From Paraphysomonas bandaiensis (lineage: Eukaryota; Protista; Chrysophyceae): a stretch of 64,000 nt of DNA. A program made the position numbers and the translations under genes. The stretch lies in contig CBFFRP010000255.1 of the NCBI GenBank assembly GCA_965644295.1, positions 62,001 through 126,000 on the forward strand. Direction: 5' to 3'. Below, in pieces: positions 51,357 through 62,326 of this stretch; within the stretch, counting starts at the first letter, position 1, and every line of letters begins with the position of its first letter. Under the pieces are notes generated by a model. It saw only the letters and a list, made by a program, of their open reading frames with translations. It was not told where the DNA came from and did not search any database.

Positions 51357-52358
51357 ATGGATGAGGATGAAATATCATGCCGCATATGCCTGGAGTCGTC
51401 AAACAGACAGGACGTGATCGCCCCCTGCTCCTGCTCCGGCTCCTCAAGGTGGGTTCATCGAGAGTGTTTGGATAGGTGGCGGACTACGCGGGAAGACAGG
51501 GCATTTAGCAAATGTACAGAGTGCTTGACTCCATATAAATTTGTTCCTCGTGTTGATGACCGTCATGCGAAGTGTGTTAGGAATGTACGCTTTCTCTGTT
51601 ACTGCGCACGTGATATTGTCGGGGCGCTGATAGCTGCACAGTTTGTTGTACTGAGCTTTGCCTTCATGGTGTACCTGGGTGATAAAAATTCGCGATACCT
51701 GGTTGAGCTGTTTGAGTGTGAGGGACATGCACTCCTTTTATATTATGTCTGTGGAATGATCCTGGCCCTCGCTGGTATCGGGATTTTCTACAGCATTATG
51801 TTGTGCTGTCGCGGCCGTAGTTCTAGGAATATGAATCGCCATGAGTGCGATAACTGTTGTTTGGGTTGCGCAACTCCAGGATATTCGTATTATCCTATTT
51901 ATGTTTACCCCGATGTTGCACCAAATTGCTGTTGCTGCTGCGAATGTGGACCTGAATGCTCTGGTTTGTCATGCGACGGCTGTACCTGCGCGGAATGTAC
52001 AAGTGGCGCGGGCTGCGGAGAGGAAGCTGCCATATTCGTCTTAATTGCGATGGTAATTTTCGTCCTTATTGGTATTATTGTTAGTGTATTTGCTGGTATT
52101 GTTTTTGTCCAACAAGTGTATCGAACACACGTTCACATACTTCAGAAACAATCACTGGCTAAAGATTTCATTGTCGAGGATTTGGCCGCATCTGGTGGGA
52201 TTGACTTGGAGATGGGGACGTTAAACAATAAAACGATAAGTATGAATCGTGACGATGACCATTCGGATTCAGAACCCCTCCATAGTGAAGACACTGTAGC
52301 ACAGGGATATATGACGAGGGATCAACAACGGGAGCTTGATCGAATGGGATTATTGTAA
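51357..52358 (+). CDS. RING-CH (RINGv/MARCH-like) membrane E3 ubiquitin ligase
   Basis: CRIC...PCSCSGS.RWVHRECL.RW...CTEC; three transmembrane segments; Cys-rich loop. Confidence 0.92.
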   Translation: MDEDEISCRICLESSNRQDVIAPCSCSGSSRWVHRECLDRWRTTREDRAFSKCTECLTPYKFVPRVDDRHAKCVRNVRFLCYCARDIVGALIAAQFVVLSFAFMVYLGDKNSRYLVELFECEGHALLLYYVCGMILALAGIGIFYSIMLCCRGRSSRNMNRHECDNCCLGCATPGYSYYPIYVYPDVAPNCCCCCECGPECSGLSCDGCTCAECTSGAGCGEEAAIFVLIAMVIFVLIGIIVSVFAGIVFVQQVYRTHVHILQKQSLAKDFIVEDLAASGGIDLEMGTLNNKTISMNRDDDHSDSEPLHSEDTVAQGYMTRDQQRELDRMGLL

Positions 52359-53464
52359 TTGAATATGCCGTGAATAGTATTAGTTTTGGTTGTAATATTT
52401 GTTCATAATTCACCTTGATTTTCTCATGATGCTATTTGTATGAGACTGTTCATTATTCCGAATTCTCGACATAAGAAATTTAACTAGGATGAATTAATAT
52501 TTACAATTTACAGCAGTATATAAGGCACACTGTGTCAACTATTGCTACTTACATATTTGGTCCATACACATATGTTGAAGTTATTAATTATTTATTCACT
52601 TTGTACGCATAGGGCTAGTACAATTGCAGGTATATCCGTATATCCAGAGCACCAATACAATTATCAAAGAATGCAGTTTCTTCGGACAATGCTATACGCG
52701 TTGGTCACAACTAATCTCAAAATGGACTCTTCGAACATACAGGAGAACAACGACGATAAATATTCGTGTGTGCATTACACGTGTAAGCAATGACGTAACC
52801 AGGGGTGTCTAAGCATCATCTTGTGCAACGACTACCTTAGTAGAGAGGAGAGGTTTGATTTCCGCAACTAATGCAGAGCCGGGAACTCCATATGTTCAGT
52901 AATAATTCTCGAAATACACTTCAAATAAAGTCTTCTCTGTCATATAATTCATTTCTATTCCGTTATTTCAGTTAAAGATCCTCCACCTGTTATTACAGGC
53001 ATTATCAGTCTCACAGAGCACTTTTTAGGGGAGAGACTCTATTTATATTTCTCAGTTCCGGAATGTAAGTCACAGTGCACCAGGAAGCACTACAGGAGAC
53101 TATACCATACGATAGCATATCAAGATATCATTACAACGAGGAGCAGCTGGAGGATATGGAGCGCATGATACCACAGACCGGAGAAGAGATTTCGTTCCTT
53201 CAATTTTGTCCAAAAATCAGGAAATCCCAGATAAATAGGCGATTTTCTTGCATATAAATATTGGAAATACTGTGTATATAGAACTATCGCTCGCACTATA
53301 CCCCATATTTCCGTATTTCGCTGGGCTTCGTAGCCTCTGCCTGCAGACTGGACACTCGAATGGGCTCAATATACACACACATTGTACTGGGATGTGACAT
53401 GTATACTCTGCAGTGATCTATCTCTCATCTAAGTTTATCTAGATAAGTCTAATATCAGAGTATC

Positions 53465-54973
53465 ATGAGGATAGTGCTAAAGATTTGTTTCGTGTATCTT
53501 GCAATGAGATCCATTGGTTCGGTTGATAGAGATATAGAGATTCACTCACAGAGACCTCCCGCGAGAGGGAAGAGTTTGAAAAGTGTTTGGGACTTGTTGG
53601 GATTGTCTACTGGTACTGAAACAAGTATGAGTTCGAAGCGAGTATTTCGAGAACAACCAAAACAATATCACCGCCCCAATAGTAGCACACAAAATCGTGC
53701 TCGTTCAAGGGACAGGGTTAATGCGCTTCCGCAACACCGCCCCGATAGTAGCACACGTTACCACGTGGGTTCAAACGCAAGGGTTAATGCGCTATTGCGG
53801 AGTCCGCGAGGTCCGCGACTTAATGAAACCGAGAAGATGCCACCTTGCAGAGTCTGTAACAACTGGTTGATTAGAGGAAAGAGTAATAGTAACCCCACAA
53901 GAAAAGGAATGATATTTTTGCATATGAGGAAGAGTGGTGGAACAATGTTTCTACATCATATACTGCAGTGGTTATTACGCAAGCGGTGTGTGAGCTACAA
54001 ATCCTTGTGGAACTATAATTTAACTGCTGTTGGGGGCATACATAATTCGCACTACTACGTCAGAAAACTTCGACAGGTAAGAATGACTGGGTGTAATGAA
54101 TTAGAACTGCGCCAAGTGGAATACACCTGCCTTAACGGGCCTTTCGTGCTAAGCCTTCCTCGTCGTGAGCAACGGCGACACATTGCGTTGGAATTATTTA
54201 CTATAATTCGAGATCCAATAGAGCGAATTGTATCACAAGCATTTTATGTGGGCCCTGGAAAGTCTCTCGTAAATAAGAAATTTGACACACTTTGTCGAAA
54301 GACAACAATCTGCCGAAATTCGTCTCTATGTATCGAATGCAGGAGGAATGCAACCTCTATTGCCGCGAACGAAATGAAGACAGCTGAGTCCACATGGTTT
54401 GAGTGGTTAAAGTCTGCTCATGGGTTCGGAGAGAAATACATGCCCAACTACTTCATAAAGCGCCTCACAGCCGGAATAGCAACTTCTACTCAAAAATCAG
54501 ATAATGCGATTGCTCTGAAATGTCTTGAGACTATTCTAAACTCCGGGCCACAAGGAGTGCCAGTGTATTCTTCTCATTCCTGCGCAAGTAGTATCGACAT
54601 GCTCTCGGCATTGGTTTCCCCGTCCGTCAATAGCAAGACATCACTTAATGAACAAGAGCTTGAACACCATTTGGAAATGGCGAAGAAAATATTGGAAGAA
54701 CACTTTGATTTTATTATAATGGAGTTGTTCGATGCCGATTGGAGCCGCGTAGTACTAAAAGGTGTCCTAGGAGAACATATTCCTGTGGACTTTAGTCAGA
54801 GAGCTAATGTTGGTGATATTGCACCGCCAAAGAATAGCCCAAAAGAAAGTCATTACTATCGAAAGTTTCTGCCCGACTCTGTGCTGCAGTACTTGATCAA
54901 AGAGAATGCTGCGGACCTAAAGTTTTACGAGTTTGCGGTCGACCTATTTAAAAGAAGAATGAAAGGTTTGTAG
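53465..54973 (+). CDS. Golgi-type sulfotransferase family protein
   Basis: N-terminal anchor; 5'-PSB FLHMRKSGGT; 3'-PB IIRDPIERIVS; C-terminal N.AD..FY.FA; a 22-aa internal duplication in the stem. Confidence 0.85.
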   Translation: MRIVLKICFVYLAMRSIGSVDRDIEIHSQRPPARGKSLKSVWDLLGLSTGTETSMSSKRVFREQPKQYHRPNSSTQNRARSRDRVNALPQHRPDSSTRYHVGSNARVNALLRSPRGPRLNETEKMPPCRVCNNWLIRGKSNSNPTRKGMIFLHMRKSGGTMFLHHILQWLLRKRCVSYKSLWNYNLTAVGGIHNSHYYVRKLRQVRMTGCNELELRQVEYTCLNGPFVLSLPRREQRRHIALELFTIIRDPIERIVSQAFYVGPGKSLVNKKFDTLCRKTTICRNSSLCIECRRNATSIAANEMKTAESTWFEWLKSAHGFGEKYMPNYFIKRLTAGIATSTQKSDNAIALKCLETILNSGPQGVPVYSSHSCASSIDMLSALVSPSVNSKTSLNEQELEHHLEMAKKILEEHFDFIIMELFDADWSRVVLKGVLGEHIPVDFSQRANVGDIAPPKNSPKESHYYRKFLPDSVLQYLIKENAADLKFYEFAVDLFKRRMKGL

Positions 54974-55549
54974 GAGGCAGTTGGTCATATATCCTTCCCT
55001 CTATTATATAGAATAATGCAAATTTTGAGCACTTTTTGTACAGTACACTCATGTTATAGATGTGAGCTGTAGTCACGGTTTCGTGACGGAATTTAGTCAT
55101 ATGTATATATTATTTCAGGTTTCGAAGCTAGCCATAGCAAGAACAAGACACGGTTTTGACAATACTTTAGCAAATGCCACTTTTAGAAAATGTTACAGAC
55201 TAGTATATCATATATTATATCTAAAATTATTAACTACAACCTACTTGAAGTATGCAGTCAAGTGCTTCAATTAAGCAAGCTTACTTACTAACTATCGCTA
55301 GTAGCCATGTAGCCATCCTGTATTCCGTGTAGCAATCAAATATAGAATCTACAAAGAAACTACAACAACAGGAATAAAATATGCAACGAATTTGAAAATA
55401 CAATAGCTGATAAAGATAAGACTTGTAGATTGTAGAGAAAAATATTGGCGTTGGTGATTGATGTGTAGCTATAACAACAAACACAGCTTCACTATCTCTC
55501 CAAATATAATTCAGCGATACCAAGCAAGTATCTTCCAAAAAAACAAATA

Positions 55550-55834
55550 TACAGGAATGACCCCCCTCAAGGGTATCATGAGGTATTGAGCTGCCTGCTG
55601 AAGTCAAGTATCCGGGTTGTTCATCTTAAGGACTCAAGAGTTCTGAAGCTAGCAGATGTCAGGTGCATCAACATTCTGCTTGCTCACTGCGTTTGCTTTG
55701 AGTGACAGAGCGAAAGCTGTTGCACCTTAGTGCTTGCGGAGACACACAAGCAGCCTTCGTAGGGTTAAATAGTAGGATATCAAAGATTGTTAAATTTCAA
55801 TGCTAAACACCTATTGCTAATAATAAGACTTTCA
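55550..55834 (+). mobile_element. SINE-like element, copy K (5'-truncated, long subfamily)
   Basis: CCTCAAGGG...GCTGCCTGCTGAAGTCAAG... ending CTATTGCTAATAATAAGACTTTCA. Confidence 0.85.
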
Positions 55835-56042
55835 CATCTAGGATTTTCAATCAAATTGACTAGGTAAATACTACTTCCCGACTTTTAGTATTTTATTATC
55901 ATATATCACTACAAAACTGTAACTAGTTGAGTGTAAAAGTTGGTTATATACTAACACTAATTCTTTTGTAAGGCATAATTACGCTAATTTCTAATTAGAA
56001 TTTCGAAATCAATATTTATAAAGCTCTACTTTACTTAGGTGT

Positions 56043-57122
56043 TTATACAACTGGATCTAATTTGGAACTTAAATAGTGTTGTAGTGCAATAGAAATATGA
56101 TCAATGCACCCGCCGGGAAGCATTGTATCCACCACCATTTTTCGCCCATCTGTACTATCTATCTCCATGGGAATAACGAGCTCTTGAGATGGATAAATAT
56201 CTCTTGTAGCAACAAATTCTACCAGCATAGTATTCGAACAAGTTACCTTCATATCAGCATTTTCCATATTATACCACTGATATTTCAAATTAGGATAATT
56301 GTCACCGTTGTTGGCACAATAGCTTTGTTGGTCATATTCAGTGGAATTGACACTACGATAGAGAGCTCCATTGCCTAGTACTAACATCATACCTACACCT
56401 TTAGATGGAACAGGAGCGAACCATGCATAAGACTGTAATTTTGTTGCTTGGCCATGCCATGCTGAGAATATGAGTGCTCTAGACACTTCAACAGTTTCAC
56501 CAGAGCGAATAAACCTTGCGGCAACAACACGCCCATCCGACGTTTGTACAGTCATATCAGATGGACAACCCCGAACTATTTGCGCGGAATTTTCATCATT
56601 ATTTTTTTGTATTAGTCTTCGATCTCTAAACCATGTGTCGCCATAGAAAATCGTCAACTGTTCACCTTCATCTATGCCACGATTAGCAATTACTTTGAAA
56701 TCTGATAGCAAGGAATCGCGTTCGAGTATTGACAAAACTACATGTGCTGAGCTATTAGTGTCGTGATTATAAACCTGATCGCTACGTTAGCAGACTACAA
56801 CAATGGATATGCATACCATTCCGTGACCAAACAGCACAGCATTTTGATCACCCGTATGCGAAAATGAATAGGTGTTCAGAACTGATGATGTCTTCAGTTT
56901 TTCATGCTTCACTAAAACCATGAATCCTTCTTCGATAATATCCCCCTTATTATATTTCTTCCCAGCATAAACACCCATTCCAGTAAACTTATCTATTTTC
57001 TGCTGTAGTCTGCACGGAGGGTTGACTGTTACTGCATCAGCATACAACTGCTCAATCAACACCCCGCACCATGCACATATACTGATACACAGAATAGATA
57101 CAGGGCGACTCTTATGTTTCAT
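56043..57122 (-). CDS. Tandem SET-domain protein with putative signal peptide
   Basis: GMGVYAG, LFGHGM|VYNH, ANRGIDEGEQLTIFYG; second repeat LGNGALY...ATRDIYPSQEL; intron ~56776-56816. Confidence 0.8.
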
Positions 57123-57496
57123 ACTAGACGATGTATGATATTATGGGGTGATGCATGCTTATGTCATGCAGAGACAAGAACAAACAGATGCAGCTATGAA
57201 GATCTTCATACACTGACATGAACAAGTTTTATGGTCCTGCAGAAGGAAGCATAAAACAGGGGGTTTTGGAAGAAAAACACACTAAAAATTGAAAATTCAT
57301 TGTTGCTTTCAGGCAGCTACGACGTACTGAACCTGCTCAACACACAGTGCTGTGGACTCTGTATATGTGAACGAGTGAACGAGCAGCTAAATCAGTGGGA
57401 GTAACATATTAAAGATATATCTGCAATCGCACGCTGCCTTATTATGAATTGACTGGTCGCCGCGAATCATCTTTTTAAAGCTTCGTATTTCGTATT

Positions 57497-57774
57497 ATGG
57501 AGGTCGGTGCATGTGACCCATCACCCATGCTCTAAGTGACGCTATATATATATAGGTTCCTTATTCAAGCCCAGTAGACCCTTCGCTTTATGCTAACTAC
57601 GCCGGATTATCAATGCTTATAGGTGCAGTTACAATGGCTATGTTTTTCATGGTTCAAATGAGAGAGCCTCAGAAGCGCAGCATATTTATTGAGTTACTTC
57701 TTGCTTTAGTATCATCAGCTTTTCTTGGACTAGGAACATTATTTACAATGCTTATATTTGGTGTATATCCGTGA
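57497..57774 (+). CDS. TMEM258: TMEM258/OST5 oligosaccharyltransferase subunit
   Basis: ATG GAG, intron 57503-57555, then VPYSSPVDPSLY...ELLLALVSSAFLGLGTLFTMLIFGVYP*; matches TMEM258 (YTSPVNP...ELLISLVASLFMGFG...GIYV). Not in the ORF track. Confidence 0.9.
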
Positions 57775-58668
57775 TATTGGGGATTGAAATCTACAAAGTA
57801 TGCCTCGTATACCCTTCATTCTATAAATAACATATGGTTGTTGGCATAGTTGTTCATGTGATTTGTCTTGGCAAACTCATCGTCGTTTTCTTTCCATTTT
57901 CGTGTCAGTTGTTTCAAAGATTGGGTACTCCAATTATATGAAAAAAATTGTAGTTTTTTAGCAAGTTTATTCCGTAGATTCACTGTGACATTTTTCGTTC
58001 AGCCGGTCTACTGTGCTTTAAAATTCGATTCACGTTTCTCTTTTGACGTATAATATATAATCAATAATCAGTTACAATTACTAGCATGTAAACTAAGATT
58101 AAATCCTTTTTATGTCAACAATCTTACTCCTACATTTTAATTCTTCTTATTGCTAAGATTAGCAAAAATAATATTTCCACACAACACACACAATACGACA
58201 TAATATATATATACTATATAGTGTTACTAAGTTGTTACTAAGTGTGAATAGAAGTAAGTGTTACTAAGTATGTTTTCAATAGCTTTTAATTCATTGTTGA
58301 ATTCAATTTTTCCAATTTCAACAGTGAGCTTGAAAATGACTGAATAATTTGTTCATCTATGGTCTATATTTGTTTTTATACGAAATATATATTCTTTCAA
58401 AGTTAAGAATCATTTATATCAAACTGGATTGGATTGAATTCTGATTTCACACCATATATTGCCAGAAAAAATAAATAATAATGATAATTATAATAGTATA
58501 TTAATCACCAATTCATAGATGATAAATATATTGATATATATTGGGCGCTAAGGAAAAAATATAAGATCTTTCGGTAGTAAATAGTCAGTAGAGGTTTCAA
58601 CATGATGATGAAGACCTGGTCCTGTCAATTTATCCTGGTATTGCTTTTATCATAGGCAGAAATTTTCA

Positions 58669-59126
58669 TATTGAAAGTTATTATTAGCAATAGGTGTTAA
58701 AAACCTGCACCAACTTAGTAGATAGATGAATGCTAGACAAACTAGTTAGACCTCTACCTGTAACTAATCAGTACACACTTTTTTCATTCTACTATTTTCC
58801 GCTACGGAAGCTGTTTGTGCGTCGCCGCAAGCACCAAAGTGCGACCACTTCCGCTCTGAGCTCTTAAGATGAACATCCCGCAGGCAGCCCAATACCCGGT
58901 TACCCTTTAGGTGGGCCCTGTCCCGGATGCCCTTGAGGTGGGCCCATTCCAGTCTACACAAGTGACACTTATTGGTGTTCCTTGTACCACACTTATTCAG
59001 CTATGAGTGTGCAGAAGAATATTTGCTGACTATGTTTGCGGCTCACATTAGTTTCCCAAAGAGAATCTCTCCGGTACTTATCCCCCAGAACACCACGACA
59101 AGGTGCGAGTCCGACTTTGTTGAGGG
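58669..59126 (-). mobile_element. SINE-like element, copy L (both ends intact, 12-bp TSD with 1 mismatch)
   Basis: CAGAAATTTTCA at 58657-58668 vs CAGAATTTTTCA at 59127-59138; head CCCTCAACAAAGTCGG; ribozyme region 59038-59126. Confidence 0.9.
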
Positions 59127-59398
59127 CAGAATTTTTCAACACTTATATCTTAGAAATAGTGTCGATCCTTTCGATTAGAGATTAGAACCGACCTGTAGAA
59201 CAGAGTACTAGTTGTCTACCGATCATTATACGGTTGAAAATCAGTGATAGCTCTTTATATAATTTCACAACTTAAAACTAAAAAAGTATGGGCAAAGCAA
59301 TATTAAAATGGTTAACAACTACATTATTACCTCGTTGGATGAAATTTTAAAAGGTAACAATAAGCGATGTCATATATAGAATTTCTATAATAACAGGA

Positions 59399-61609
59399 CT
59401 ATAACAACAGGCTATCGTCTCGAGAAATCACACTGGAGCTATTCAGAGACGACGATTTGGTGTCAACTAATCTACTGGTGGTTCCATTTGAATCGGCAGA
59501 CAAGAAAACAACACCAACTCTCTCTAAGAATTCCATACCTTCTTTCTCAGAGTCAAACACAAGTTCCGCGATGACAAAGTCGGCTTCAACTGTTGGTCTA
59601 TAGCACTTCATCATTCTATGTAGAGCCTTCAATCTCCACGCATCAAGAATCCCTTTGAGTATGCAGTTTCCAAGATTTGGGGTAGTTCTATATAGCTTAA
59701 AAAACTTATGGTAATTCTCAAGAAGAATTGCTTCGCGCATTAAAAGTGCATGCTTGACCGCGTCATCGCTAAATGAGAATATTTCAACCCAAATCAAAGA
59801 TTTCAAAATGCATAACGCACCTATATGCTTCCGGAGATATAGTACGCATGAGGTGGGCAACATCCTGTGAGCCATGCTGGTACTTTTTATTCCCCTGCAG
59901 ATATAAATAATACAGAACACGATAGGCGGTAAACTCCATTTCCGCTCCGGGAAGTCCAGACGCGTAGAGTTGCTTGAGTTGAGTCTGGCATTGGTTGTAC
60001 TCATTCAGATCACTGTTCTCAAGGGCAATACGGCCATGAGACTCATAGACATCAACAGTGAACTCTAACAGATAAAATAAGACCAGTCAGCATTACTAAA
60101 AACACTTACCATTTTGTATGTGCTGTACCATCACATCCTGACGAATGGACTTTAACTGGCTGCACACATACACATAGCACTCTGGTGTACCCTTATTTGC
60201 CTCCCATCGTGATTTAACCATTTCCAGAGCTTCCTTCAAAACCTCTAAGGGACGCACGGTGCTGGGGTCGGGTGCAGATGTCAATCGCAGATAGTCTTTC
60301 TCCACACGCTGACATGTACCGACCACTCTCAAATTCTCGAGATCAATATCTGTAAGAACTGTGGACGACGAATCCGTACTGCTTGTAGAAGCAGCAGCGC
60401 CCAAACGCTGCCGCTTTTTCTTGTTGCTCTGATCGGCAACAGAAGGTGTATTGTCTTTCATAAATCGCGCAGCACGATTTTGTCTGGCGGCCACTTCTGC
60501 GGGTGTGAGAACAGCAGGTGGTGCGTATATACCTCCCTTTGTATTAGTGGGCTTAGCAGCTGGCTCTTCTACTGCCTGAAAGCGAGATTTTTTCCGCTTC
60601 TTACCCGCCTTAGTGGTACCAGAGTTGTCATTGTCTGCTGGACCATACTTACCATGCTCCTTGCTAGGGGTCTCAGAGTCATTCGTAGACTTGGCAGCTG
60701 AAACAGAGGGAGGAAGAGGAGTTGGCTCTAGATCCCAGCGGTGTTTATGGAGCCGTCCATCTGCAGTTACAGCCGTAATGAGTTCCTTGAGCTTCGTTTC
60801 CATGTAAGCCCGGTCAGCATCAGTTTCACATCGAGAAAAGGACTGTTCTACAAAAGTACGTAGCGAAGGCGGCCAAGGATTCTGCTGACCTGAAGACGAA
60901 GAGGTGGTAGTAGTGGACTGCGTAGATGCAGATTTGGGCGCCGGTGCAGGTTTGGGGGCAGGAGCAGGAGGGAATCTCTGTGTCGTTGAGGTAGCAAATC
61001 TTGTAGCATTAGGTTTCTTGGAAGCTGCTGCGACAGTTGGGTTGTTTGCAGGAGTAGGGGGAGCACGCCAGGCAGTTGCTTGTTGACCAGGGATAACTAC
61101 ACTGCTCGACTGAGCACTTGAGACAGCAGGAGCAGCCGCAGGGCTTGGTGTAGGAGTAGATGTGGCGGCCTGTAGATAACTGGGGCGTGCTTGTGCCATT
61201 TGCTGCTGAGGCAGGGTGGATTGCTGTTGAGCATAATAACTATACAAAACAAATAAATAGGTAAACGGATGCGATGATAAAAAGTACTTTCTGTAATACT
61301 CGTAGTATTGCTTGTAGTAATCTTCAGGGGATATCTGAGAAGGCTGTCCTGTACTTGCGGGAATAGACTACGAATATATATTATAAATTCACGCGTAATC
61401 CAAACAAGCCTCACGTTCTGGTACTGATTAGCGTTGACAGCTGTGTGTTGAGAATAGTAAGACGATGCTTGTAAATATGGGTATTGTTGCATGTATTGCG
61501 CAGATTGATTATATTGAGCTGGGGGGGCACCCACAGGGGCGTTGACAGTGCTACAATTCACTTCATCCAGCACCCCTTTACACCAGTGCGAAGCCGGCTG
61601 CTGAGACAT
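59399..61609 (-). CDS. SAC3/GANP family protein (LENG8/Thp3-like)
   Basis: [69 protein letters not shown]. Confidence 0.92.
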
Positions 61610-62326
61610 TACAATAAATATATACCTGTATATCGACAACGAGTGACTGTATGGGGTGGAAGGAGAGGGACGGGGATACAGCCAGCACAACAGAGAAATA
61701 ATAGGGATAATATAATAAGAACGATTGTATGCGCTAAACAGACATTCAGCACATAAAATGGTGAATCGTTGAGCCCCTCTACACTCAACCAAATGATGAC
61801 TCGATGCCGTTTAATACACGGCCTGTTAATTAATAATCGATTAATTAGAGTGCTGAGTGCTGGACATGCACAACACACCACACCACACTCCACAATACAA
61901 TACCGCCTACCCGTATAACGATATACGGATACGCCAGATACACACGCTGGAATACTACATACTACATATACAGTACATGTAGATGTTTGTGGTATACCGG
62001 TATACCGCCGTATACTGTACACTAAACGTGCCTAAATTGTGAGATGACTGCTGTGTACTTTTCAAAAAAACCATCAAAATACTACAAAATCTGGTATTTT
62101 TGGAGGTATTGGTTGGAAATAGCTGTAGAGAAGCTCCTCTCATTCAGAACAAGTACAGCAGTATTCTGTATATACTTCGGCCAGACACATGAGTGTGTTC
62201 GTATTAAGACATCGAGTGACCACTCCAGCTGGACGTATGCTGTACCGTATTAGTTAACGCAGCATCTACTGCGCCTTATTTAAGTAACGAGCTGATAGTT
62301 TCCAAGTGAAGTGGTCTAGTAACAGT

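Noticed and set aside
52540-53260. Short ORFs between the RINGv and sulfotransferase genes
   Set aside because: No recognisable domains or consistent exon structure.
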